Translations under genes and position numbers: made by a program | Shown: one piece after another, positions 42,422 to 51,750 of the stretch | Position numbering within the stretch: the first letter of the stretch is position 1 | Layout of the letters: each line of letters opens with the position of its first letter | The notes under the pieces: model-generated | Databases searched by the model: none | The model's input: only the letters and a program-made list of their open reading frames with translations | Told to the model about the DNA's origin: nothing | Assembly: GCA_965230295.1 (NCBI GenBank) | Contig: OZ246001.1 | Coordinates: 3,744,001-3,808,000, forward strand | DNA length: 64,000 nt | Source: Marinicella sp. | Lineage (GTDB): Bacteria > Pseudomonadota > Gammaproteobacteria > Xanthomonadales > Marinicellaceae | Direction of reading: 5' to 3'

Positions 42422-43825
42422 ATGAGGTATACCATGAATACAAAGGTTCTTAACAATAACAAAATTTTATTAACAACAGCAATATTAATGGAATTAACCA
42501 CTCGACCTACGACTGTCAACGCCGCCACTATCTTCGTCGACCAAGAAAATTGTCATTTAGCTTCAGCAATCGTTGCTGCAAATACTGATTCTGCTGTATT
42601 TGGTTGTACAGCTGGTTTTGGAGCAGATGAGATCGTTTTAAGCTCAAGAACCCAGATTGTTCTGAATGAGGCCCTGCCAATTATTAACAGTTCCATCACT
42701 ATACAAGGCAATGAATCAAGCATTGAAAGAAATAGTACAGATATATTCAGGGTGATAGATGTTCAGGCTGGTTCCTTAACTTTAAACGACGTTACTTTGA
42801 GTGGCGGTGCTTCTGAAAATTCAGGTTATAGGACGGATTATGGTGCAGGTATAAGGGTGTCATCTGGAAAACTGTATACAAACAATGCTATTGTTAAGAA
42901 CAACAGCGGAATTGGTGTTGCTGTATTGAACAATAGTATCGCAACCATCAACAACTCTGTGGTTGAAAATAATAACGGTTTGGCAACATATTTCAGCGGT
43001 GGAGGCGGGCTTCATATTGAAGGCAGCCAAGTAGATGTGCTCAACAGTGATATTTCAAATAATAACAACAATTCAACTGGGTTTGGTGGGGGTGGTGTCT
43101 ATATTTCAAATTACAATGCCCTATCAATTGTGAACATCAACAGCAGCAGTATTAATAACAACACTTCAATCCGCAGTGGTGGTGGAATAAGTGCCATTGC
43201 CAGTGGTGCAGGGGGGGCAGATGCTATTACTTTAAATATAAGAAACTCAACCATTAGTGGAAATACAACTGATGAAAATGGTGGAGGCATACACTGTAAC
43301 CTTATCAATTCATCAATCATCAGTAGTACAATCTCCGCAAACACAGCTACTGGATACAGGGGCGGTGGGATTTCATGCGGCATCAGTTTTTTACCAGCAG
43401 GATCTGTTGTTAACATTGAGCACAGCATTATATCTGGAAATATTGCGGAAATTGGTAGTGAGATTAACGATTTGGATTCGGTATTTTCAAATGGCTATAA
43501 CATCATAGGTCAGCTGGGTTACAATGGAATAGCAGGACCACTCACGCCTGTTGTATCAGATTTGGTGCCCACCGTTAGTATCGAAAATATAATCAAAAAC
43601 CTTGCTGATAACAGTTCTAACAATAACAAGGGTATGACTCATAATTTAGTGACTGCTAGCCCAGCCATTGACTTGATTAACAACAACATTGATTGCGAAA
43701 CAAGGGATCAAAACGGAGTAATCCGACCACTTGATGGAGATGGGTCCTCAACTAGCGAGTGCGATGCGGGTGCTGTTGAATACGAATTTCACTCTGATTT
43801 GATTTTCAGCGACGGCTTCGAATGA
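42422..43825 (+). CDS. Secreted right-handed beta-helix protein (CSLREA-like N-terminus, choice-of-anchor Q-like C-terminus)
   Basis: CHLASAIVAAN, GGGI/TISGN repeats, SPAID...DQNG..R......CDAGAVE; ends DLIFSDGFE. Confidence 0.85.
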   Translation: MRYTMNTKVLNNNKILLTTAILMELTTRPTTVNAATIFVDQENCHLASAIVAANTDSAVFGCTAGFGADEIVLSSRTQIVLNEALPIINSSITIQGNESSIERNSTDIFRVIDVQAGSLTLNDVTLSGGASENSGYRTDYGAGIRVSSGKLYTNNAIVKNNSGIGVAVLNNSIATINNSVVENNNGLATYFSGGGGLHIEGSQVDVLNSDISNNNNNSTGFGGGGVYISNYNALSIVNINSSSINNNTSIRSGGGISAIASGAGGADAITLNIRNSTISGNTTDENGGGIHCNLINSSIISSTISANTATGYRGGGISCGISFLPAGSVVNIEHSIISGNIAEIGSEINDLDSVFSNGYNIIGQLGYNGIAGPLTPVVSDLVPTVSIENIIKNLADNSSNNNKGMTHNLVTASPAIDLINNNIDCETRDQNGVIRPLDGDGSSTSECDAGAVEYEFHSDLIFSDGFE

Positions 43826-43842
43826 CTAACACGCCACCAATT

Positions 43843-43907
43843 TGTGCACTTATTGAAATTATATTTACTAACACTACCTTTAAATTATGTCATTAGATAA
43901 GTGCGCA
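43843..43907. repeat. Dispersed inverted-repeat element, copy 1
   Basis: TGTGCACTTATT...GATAAGTGCGCA; related copies at 48940-48999 and 51275-51341. Confidence 0.7.
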
Positions 43908-44666
43908 TTTTTTCCATTTTTACCTTTTTACAATAACACTAAAAGCGACCTATGCTTTTATATTGTAAAAACATATAAAACAATAGTTAGTTTAATCCTA
44001 ATTTCACCACTATTACTTTTAATCCAATAGAAAGTGATTTTACTGTGAATGATTTAATTGCTTTTAGAAATTTTGACTGACTTATAATTACCTATTTACT
44101 GAATTTAATCCTTATACCAATTTTTTACTTTTTATTCCTGTTAATAAACAACACTATGGGTACGTCTTCAATTTCATCAATTCAATAAGATATATTCAAT
44201 TTGCTTACTATTTATTTTTTCTTGTATCACAATTTACAGATACTTACATCATTCCAAAAATCATAATTATCCCTTTGTTTTAAAATAACCAAAGTTATTT
44301 AAACATCATCGAAGTCATTGAGTGTTTTGACTTTATCTTCATCAAATGTATGGAAAGATAATTGCAATTAACCTATAGAAAAACGAGAACATAGCGCGTT
44401 CTTTAACACGATATTTATCAGTGTGTAAAACCCAAAAAATTTACACTAATAAAACAATTTCACTTACAATGACTGTGTGTGCTTTAAAAAATATTTTATC
44501 CATCATAAATTACTCAGGTAATGAATGATTTGTCATTCTTGTAATAACATTCGTCTTATCTGTTTTTGTGTTGGCATCTAAGGTTATGGAATCAGTTCAT
44601 CCAATGAGATTGATGATGTATAATTCTGGTGAATTCAATATCTATTGACTACGGTAATTAAACATT

Positions 44667-47600
44667 TTGAAAAAAATTATTTTTATAATATTTTTATGTT
44701 GTAGTTTTACAACCAATGCCAATAAATATTTTGGGCAGCCCCTTGCGGAAATATATACACCAAGTGAAATTCAAGGACATTTCCAAAACTGGTGTCTGTA
44801 TCAAACTAATAATGATTTCATCTACGTGTGTAATGGTAACAGTATTCGAGTCTGGGATGGCGAGTCATGGAGTTTGTTGAGGCTGCCGAATAATTTAGGT
44901 CCAAGGCAACTAACAGAATGGAAAGGGCAGATATATTTGGGATTACCAAAAGATTTAGGTCTATTGAGCGAAAATGGTCAAGGGGTAAAGCAATTCAAAA
45001 GTTTGCTTACTGATGATGAAACACTAGAAATTGATCAAATTTGGTCAGTGGCTGCCACAGAAGATTATTTGTACTTTGTTGATACTAGTCAAATTTTTGT
45101 TTGGGATAATGAAAACTTAACACAATATGACATCCCCGACTTTAAAAGCAAAGTTTACAAATTTAAAAATAAGCTGTATTTAAAAACTTATGATGACATA
45201 TATGTCTACGAAATAACACCCACAGGCCTAAATAAAACTAATTGGCAATTACCGGAGAGGGGTTTGATTCGAGGAATGTTTCAAACAGCATATGGTGATT
45301 TTATGGTCACCAACAACTTTGGTATATATTCTATAGGTTCTGAACTAGAACTGATCAAAAACCCCTTTAACTCAGACGTATTCATTTTTAACAGCATCCT
45401 CACAAATGATGGGTATTTATATGTTGCATCTATCAACAAGGGCCTTTTCATACTTGATCATAAACTAGATATTCGATTGAATTTGACGCAGTCAGACAAA
45501 TTTGGCATGAGCCAAGTGGCTGATGTTATCCAAGATCGACAAGGGAATATATGGGCGGCTGGTTCTCCAAATATAGTGGTTATGCAACCACCACACATAA
45601 TGGGTAAAATCGTATTTGATGGTGATAATAACACTGTTTTGAATATTAAAAATATAGGCGATGAAACTATTGCGCTTGGTCGAGGGGCTTACAAATTGTC
45701 TGATGATAATGAGAGGCATCAGGCAAAATTTAAACATTGGTTGGAATTCAGAACTGTCAATGATGTTATTGAATATGATTATGATATCCTGGTATTTGCC
45801 CATAGCACAGGGATACAAGTTGTCAATTATGTCAATGGCCAGGCAAGAAAAAAGCAAAACCTATTAACAGGAACTCATGTTAATTCGTTATTCCGTCACC
45901 CAAGGACATCTTTTATTTATGCAGCTTCAGATGATGGCCTATTTGAAATAAAACAAGAACGAAATCAATGGATTGTTGAGTCTGTAGATGGTGTTTCCGA
46001 AGATGTTAGTCGGTTGATAATGGGAGACCAAGGCTATTTATGGGTGGGCGATGATTATGGAAATATATTTCAAGTTGAACCCAGCCAAATTGGAACTTCT
46101 AGTAAATTAATCAGGGTGTTTACTGAAAAGAATGGAATAGCCCAAAGCAACGTTGTACCTTTTGTCATAAATAATCAAACCTATATTGGAACATTTGATG
46201 GCGCCATGCAATGGGATGAATTCAATGATAATTTACAAATGGCAGAAGGCTTGCCAGAGATTTTTACAACCAAAGGGCAAGACATTCACCGAGTTTACCA
46301 AGATCATGATAATAACACTTTTTACCGTATCGGTAACCACAGTGGGTTAGCAAAATTTAATCAAGAAAAATGGAGTATAAATGAAAAATTGTTTTTACCA
46401 TTTAAAGCTAATTCAATTCAATCATTTTTGAAGGTCGAATCGACTTTATATTTTGTTGTTCCAGGTGTAGGTGTCTATTATTTAAACCAACCCGAGCATT
46501 CGATTTTACCTCCACAAGGTAAATTACATTTTAGAGCCGTTGAAGATAAACACAAGGGAGAATTACTATTTGATAATGCTGATAACTTAGATTCAATAAA
46601 TCGTAACTATAATGACACTGCACTCCGCTTGCTTTTTGCTTTTACTGATTACTCCTTACCTAACAAAACTTTATACAGAAGTAGGGTTGTTGGGTCAATT
46701 TCTCCTTCATGGTCGGTATGGAATACAGAAAATTTTCGTGAAGTTGATATAACGAAGGGAGGAACTTACGAACTAGAAATCCAAGCTAAGGACGGTTGGG
46801 AAAGACTCTCTGAAATCAAAAGCATTACGTTTACTATTGAACCACCTTGGTTTGCTTCATTTTGGGCTTATACCGCTTATGCCATTCTATTTATAATTAT
46901 TAATATCTTGATTGCGAATTATTATTCGAGATACCGAAATATGAAACTTGAAAAGGCTAAGTTACAACTACAAAAAACAGTCAAGGAAAAAACAAAAAAT
47001 GTTTATATTAAGGCCATGGAACTTGAACAAACACAAATGGCAAAAGATCGTTTCTTTGATGATTTCTCTCACGAATTAAGAACCCCACTGTCCTTGGTAA
47101 TGGCACCTTTAGAACAGTTGAGAGACAAAGATAAGAATGATGATCGGATGTTAGATTTGGCAATTCAAAATGCAGATAAATTGAGAAACCAAGTCAATCG
47201 ATTGTTTCAGATCCATGATGCAAATTTTAACAGCAACGACCTGTCTAAATCAGTGGTAGATTTAAGGGCCCGGGTACAAGAATTGGTAAAAGAATTTATG
47301 CCTTGGTCGATTAAATTGAAGCAACACATGGAGTTAGTTACTAACAAGCAAGAAATATCATGTTTTTGTGATGCCGATAAAATGGATGCTGTATTTAGGA
47401 ACCTGTTAAGCAATGCAATCAAGTACAGTGGTCAACAATCAAATATAAATGTGAATATGGCGCACGATTCGGAGAAGGTTGTTGTTTCAGTAATAGATGA
47501 TGGACCAGGAGTTGCCCAGCAAGATCAACAAAAGGTCTTTTCTCGGGACTTCAAAAGCGATGAGAATAATCAAAGTGATCAACCAGCTGTTGGCATTGGT

Positions 47601-48524
47601 TTGTCTATCGTTAAAGATGTAGTAGAAGCGCATAATGGTTCGATCACATTAAGTACCAATCAGCCTCACGGGGCACATTTTATGGTAATGATTCCAACCG
47701 GGATGAACGCAAATTGTGCAACTATTGAGAATGAGTCAAGAAATGAGGAAGACTCAACCGAACAATTGCAATTACCTAAAAACGACATAATGACCATTAT
47801 GTTGGTTGAAGACAATGACGAATTAAGGGAATTTCTTATTTATGTGTTTGCCACATCATACAAAGTAGTTGACTATGCGAATCCAGTAGAGGCACTGAAG
47901 GATATTGATGAAATACTGCCTGACGTTATTGTCAGTGATGTCATGATGCCAGAAATGAACGGTATTGAATTCACTGTAGCAGTTAGGGAAAAAACAGTAT
48001 TTAGCGCGATACCGATCATTTTATTGACAGCCAAATCAACTCAAAGTGATGTGGAAAAAGGTTTAACCCTAGGGGCGACCGATTACATGGTTAAGCCATT
48101 TAGCCCCAAAGAATTGTTATTGAGGGTAGATAATCACATTAATACGCTTAAGTCGATCGTATCGCATTATAAAATACCTCTTAAAAGTGCTAAAGCTGTC
48201 AGTAAGACATTGCAAAAAATCAATGAAATCATAAAGAACAACTTACATGATACAAATTTCAGCACTTCAGCATTAGCAGAAATGATGTTTATGGATCGAA
48301 CCACGTTATTCCGTAAAATAAAAAAGGAGGTAGGACTCTCTCCTGTAAAATATATTAAATCCTTTAAAATGGAAGTAGCTGCTCAACTATTGATGGAAAA
48401 AGACGTAAGTGTTAGTGAAGTGGCTTATTTAACTGGATTTGATAGTTTGGCTTATTTTTCTGCCAATTTTAAAGCGCATTACCAACAAACACCTTCAGAA
48501 TATATAGCAAAGTTAGACAGGTAG
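44667..48524 (+). CDS. Hybrid two-component system (beta-propeller + Y_Y_Y-like + TM + HisKA + HATPase + REC + AraC HTH)
   Basis: IQDRQGNIW, GTYELEIQAKD, IEPPW, FSHELRTPL, NLLSNAIKY, DDGPG, GIGL, VEDNDEL..VSDVMMP, VSEVAYLTGFDSLAYFS. Confidence 0.95.
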   Translation: MKKIIFIIFLCCSFTTNANKYFGQPLAEIYTPSEIQGHFQNWCLYQTNNDFIYVCNGNSIRVWDGESWSLLRLPNNLGPRQLTEWKGQIYLGLPKDLGLLSENGQGVKQFKSLLTDDETLEIDQIWSVAATEDYLYFVDTSQIFVWDNENLTQYDIPDFKSKVYKFKNKLYLKTYDDIYVYEITPTGLNKTNWQLPERGLIRGMFQTAYGDFMVTNNFGIYSIGSELELIKNPFNSDVFIFNSILTNDGYLYVASINKGLFILDHKLDIRLNLTQSDKFGMSQVADVIQDRQGNIWAAGSPNIVVMQPPHIMGKIVFDGDNNTVLNIKNIGDETIALGRGAYKLSDDNERHQAKFKHWLEFRTVNDVIEYDYDILVFAHSTGIQVVNYVNGQARKKQNLLTGTHVNSLFRHPRTSFIYAASDDGLFEIKQERNQWIVESVDGVSEDVSRLIMGDQGYLWVGDDYGNIFQVEPSQIGTSSKLIRVFTEKNGIAQSNVVPFVINNQTYIGTFDGAMQWDEFNDNLQMAEGLPEIFTTKGQDIHRVYQDHDNNTFYRIGNHSGLAKFNQEKWSINEKLFLPFKANSIQSFLKVESTLYFVVPGVGVYYLNQPEHSILPPQGKLHFRAVEDKHKGELLFDNADNLDSINRNYNDTALRLLFAFTDYSLPNKTLYRSRVVGSISPSWSVWNTENFREVDITKGGTYELEIQAKDGWERLSEIKSITFTIEPPWFASFWAYTAYAILFIIINILIANYYSRYRNMKLEKAKLQLQKTVKEKTKNVYIKAMELEQTQMAKDRFFDDFSHELRTPLSLVMAPLEQLRDKDKNDDRMLDLAIQNADKLRNQVNRLFQIHDANFNSNDLSKSVVDLRARVQELVKEFMPWSIKLKQHMELVTNKQEISCFCDADKMDAVFRNLLSNAIKYSGQQSNINVNMAHDSEKVVVSVIDDGPGVAQQDQQKVFSRDFKSDENNQSDQPAVGIGLSIVKDVVEAHNGSITLSTNQPHGAHFMVMIPTGMNANCATIENESRNEEDSTEQLQLPKNDIMTIMLVEDNDELREFLIYVFATSYKVVDYANPVEALKDIDEILPDVIVSDVMMPEMNGIEFTVAVREKTVFSAIPIILLTAKSTQSDVEKGLTLGATDYMVKPFSPKELLLRVDNHINTLKSIVSHYKIPLKSAKAVSKTLQKINEIIKNNLHDTNFSTSALAEMMFMDRTTLFRKIKKEVGLSPVKYIKSFKMEVAAQLLMEKDVSVSEVAYLTGFDSLAYFSANFKAHYQQTPSEYIAKLDR

Positions 48525-48530
48525 ACTGTA

Positions 48531-48594
48531 TGCAACAAAGCTTATATTCACTGCAACAAGCATAATAACCCCTCTAATACATTCTGCGTAGGAT
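48531..48594 (+). promoter_or_regulatory. TGCAAC-N15-TGCAAC box with -10-like TAGGAT
   Basis: Half-sites at 48531 and 48552; TAGGAT at 48589. Confidence 0.65.
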
Positions 48595-48694
48595 GTGACT
48601 CTACTGATTTATCGTTTTGAAAAAAATATAAATCTCTGAATTAACAGAATGAAAAACATTCAATTAACATGACATATCTGATGAGGAAAACGTA

Positions 48695-48920
48695 ATGAAA
48701 ATACTTAAAGTACCTCTTGCTGTGCATGGATGCATCGAGTTTGAATTTGATGAGTTTGAATTTAATTTATCAGGTTCTTCTGGTTGTTCCGCTATTAATG
48801 ATGGCAATGTTAAGGGCAAAAATCAGCGTAGAGGTAGAAGTATGTGGAATTTTGAAACTGGCAGCTATGTGATATTGAATGCATGGGAAAGAAAAACCCA
48901 ATTTTACTAGTGAAAATTAA
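48695..48920 (+). pseudogene. Internally deleted relic of an FG-GAP gene
   Basis: 48853-48920 (gaaactggcagctatgtgata...gggaaagaaaaaccc..ttttacta) aligns with the last ~65 nt of 49676-51256; upstream and downstream flanks are also homologous. Confidence 0.7.
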
Positions 48921-49273
48921 TCACTAAGCAACGAGTATGTGTGCACTTATCGAAAGCTTGTTTCCCCCCCCTTTTTTTTAGTTAGTAGATAAGGGCACAT
49001 TTTAAATTCATTTAGGAAAAATGTATCAGGTTTTGAGGCATGCTAGATGAAACACAAAAGAAGGTCAATTTATTATAAAGGTGAATTTATCGTTAATGAT
49101 TTAATAACTGCACATAATTTTGAGTGACTCTTTAAAGTGCCACTCCTCCTAATTGTGCTCCAACCTTAAATTCTGGCAAATACAACTCACCTCGTGTATA
49201 ACAGAATGGTTGGAGCGCAATCCTTACGTTATACGTGCGGCTGACCACTAATTCGATCGAGTAACAAATAGCA

Positions 49274-49530
49274 TACAAGATACACATTTCAGCACTCAAA
49301 GTGTTTGTTAGTCGAAATGATGTTTATGTATCGAATCACTTTACCCCGTAAAATAAAAAAGATAATAGGTGCTCTCCTGTAAAACATAATAAAACCATTA
49401 ATATGTAATCAACTGCTTAACTATTGCTAAAAAGTTAGTCTGCGTTGGCGTAGTGGCTTACTTTCTTTCGATTTTAAAGCGTTATTGCTAATAAATACCT
49501 TCATAAAGTATAGCAAATTCAATCTAATAG
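49274..49530 (+). pseudogene. Degenerate duplicate of the 3' end (AraC HTH) of the hybrid sensor gene
   Basis: gaaatgatgtttatgtatcgaatcactttaccccgtaaaataaaaaag...ctctcctgtaaaa aligns with 48279-48350. Confidence 0.85.
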
Positions 49531-49536
49531 GCTTTC

Positions 49537-49600
49537 TGCAACAAAGCTTATATTCATGCAACAAGCATAATAATTTCCTCTCAAGCATTCTGTATAAAAT
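49537..49600 (+). promoter_or_regulatory. TGCAAC direct-repeat box (20-bp period) with -10-like TAAAAT
   Basis: Half-sites at 49537 and 49557; near-identical to 48531-48570 with a 1-bp deletion. Confidence 0.6.
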
Positions 49601-49675
49601 TCGTATCAGTGGTTTATCGTTTTTCGGTTTACAAAAGTATAAATCATGATTTAAACAAAATGAGAGAGAAATATC

Positions 49676-51256
49676 ATGGATAAAATTACATTTGTGTATA
49701 TGATTTCAAGTTTGCTTTTTCTAGCTATAAACGGTTTACTCAGTCCGAGCCGGAATATTAATTTAGCTGACATCAATGGAAACAACGGCTTGGTGATTCA
49801 TGGGGAGCAAACTTCAGATTTTTCAGGTTATTCGGTCAGTAGTGCAGGTGATGTTAATGGAGACGGGATTGATGACATAATTATTGGTGCTTTTGAACCA
49901 GATCAGAACACAAAATACAATACTGGGCGCAGTTATGTGGTTTTTGGTAGTGATCAAGGGTTTTCTAATCCATTGGGTTTGGAAAACCTGAATGGATCTA
50001 ACGGTTTTGTTATAAATGGTGCTGAACACAATGATTCATCGGGCATGTCAGTTGCCTCAGCAGGTGACTTTAATAACGATGGGGTTGGAGATTTGCTTAT
50101 AGGAGCACCTGATGCATCAACAGGCATTGGATCAGTTTATATCATTTGGGGTAACAGGGAAGAACAATTCCCCAGCCCATTTGAATTGTCAGACATTAAT
50201 GGTGTTAACGGACTGGTTATCCATGGCGAAGAAGTTCAAGGGAAACTGGGTTTTTATGTCAGTTCAGCGAGTGATGTTAATGGTGACGGAATCAATGATA
50301 TGATTATTAGCTCACCAAAATCGGATGGCAATGGTACTGTCGATTCTGGTGCTATTTATGTGATATTTGGGAATGAATTGGGGCTTCCAAACCCATTTCG
50401 TGTCGGCTCCATTAATGGGGTGAATGGATTTAAGATCAATGGAGTTCCAACTACTGGTGCTCAGTCTGGTTTTTCTGTTAGCAAAGCAGGTGATATTAAT
50501 GCTGACGGTATTTCTGACCTTCTAATTGGTGTTCCATTTGATTCTAGTAACGGTAATTTGTTGTCAGGAAAAGTATACATTATTTTTGGAAAAAATAATG
50601 TATACCCAAATCTCTTTGAACTCTCAAGTATAAATGGATTGAATGGCATTCAGATTAATGGAGAAAATCAGGATGATCATTTAGGTTATTCTGTCAGTTT
50701 GGCTGGCGATGTCAATGGCGATAGTATAGACGACATCATTCTGGGAGCGCCATTTGCACAAGCTAATAATAGCGTGCAAGCTGGTGCCGCATATGTGATA
50801 TTTGGCAGCAATAAAAGACTACCAAACCCATTCAATATATCTACTATCAATGGTTTGAACGGATTCAAGATCACTGGAAATATCATTGGAGGCAAGCTTA
50901 GTCATTCAGTAAGTGGTGGAAGCGATATCAATGGCGATGGCTTAACCGACATAATAATAGGAGAACCTGATTCTAGGGCAGGAAGGAGTCATGTAATTTT
51001 TGGAAGCAACGAGGATTTCTCTAACCCATATAGCGTTGACTCTATCAATGATTCAACTGGATATACCATTAACGGTGTTAATGGTGGTGATTTACTGGGA
51101 TTCTCAGTCAGTGGTGCTGGAGATTTTAACGATGATGGTATTGGTGACATTATATTAGGTGCACATGGTGCTGATCCAAATGATATTTTTGAAGCTGGTA
51201 ACAGCTATGTGATATTTGGGAAAGAACAACCCGTTTTTGCTAATGGATTTGATTAA
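49676..51256 (+). CDS. Secreted FG-GAP/integrin-alpha-like beta-propeller protein
   Basis: About seven SVS.AGD.NGDG.DD.IIGA...G..YV.FG repeats; ends QPVFANGFD. Confidence 0.92.
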   Translation: MDKITFVYMISSLLFLAINGLLSPSRNINLADINGNNGLVIHGEQTSDFSGYSVSSAGDVNGDGIDDIIIGAFEPDQNTKYNTGRSYVVFGSDQGFSNPLGLENLNGSNGFVINGAEHNDSSGMSVASAGDFNNDGVGDLLIGAPDASTGIGSVYIIWGNREEQFPSPFELSDINGVNGLVIHGEEVQGKLGFYVSSASDVNGDGINDMIISSPKSDGNGTVDSGAIYVIFGNELGLPNPFRVGSINGVNGFKINGVPTTGAQSGFSVSKAGDINADGISDLLIGVPFDSSNGNLLSGKVYIIFGKNNVYPNLFELSSINGLNGIQINGENQDDHLGYSVSLAGDVNGDSIDDIILGAPFAQANNSVQAGAAYVIFGSNKRLPNPFNISTINGLNGFKITGNIIGGKLSHSVSGGSDINGDGLTDIIIGEPDSRAGRSHVIFGSNEDFSNPYSVDSINDSTGYTINGVNGGDLLGFSVSGAGDFNDDGIGDIILGAHGADPNDIFEAGNSYVIFGKEQPVFANGFD

Positions 51257-51649
51257 CCATTAAGCAAGCAAGTTTGTGCTCTTATCGAAAGCTTGGTTTT
51301 TCCCCTTTCCCTTTTTATCCTAGTTAATAGATAAGAGCACTTTTTAAATTCACTGGTGGAAAATAGATCAAGTTTCGATGACATAAAAGATGAAACACAA
51401 AATAACATTAAATCATCCATGTTCAGCCTTTTTAGAAGCTACATTAAAGATATACAAATAAGATTAAGTCTAAAAAAGCTATAACTGCGTTCCAATCAAA
51501 TTTCTTAATTACTGATCTTTTTAGAATTTTAGGAATGGATTTAATTACTATTCCACCTGTATCTTATTTGTAAATTTTTACAATCTTATGTGGCAATTTA
51601 TTCTTTTCAATAAAATAACGTGACAAAAAAATGCTCATATTGCGATGTT

Positions 51650-51714
51650 TGAAACAATTCTCATGACCATCGCAACATTTACAATATGTGACCATAAAAA
51701 TTTTTAGATATTCT
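51650..51714 (+). promoter_or_regulatory. Degenerate TGAAAC-N15-CGCAAC box with -10-like TATTCT
   Basis: Half-sites at 51650 and 51671; TATTCT at 51709. Confidence 0.5.
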
Positions 51715-51750
51715 TTCCTGCCTTATACCACACTAATCCAGAGGAGAAAA

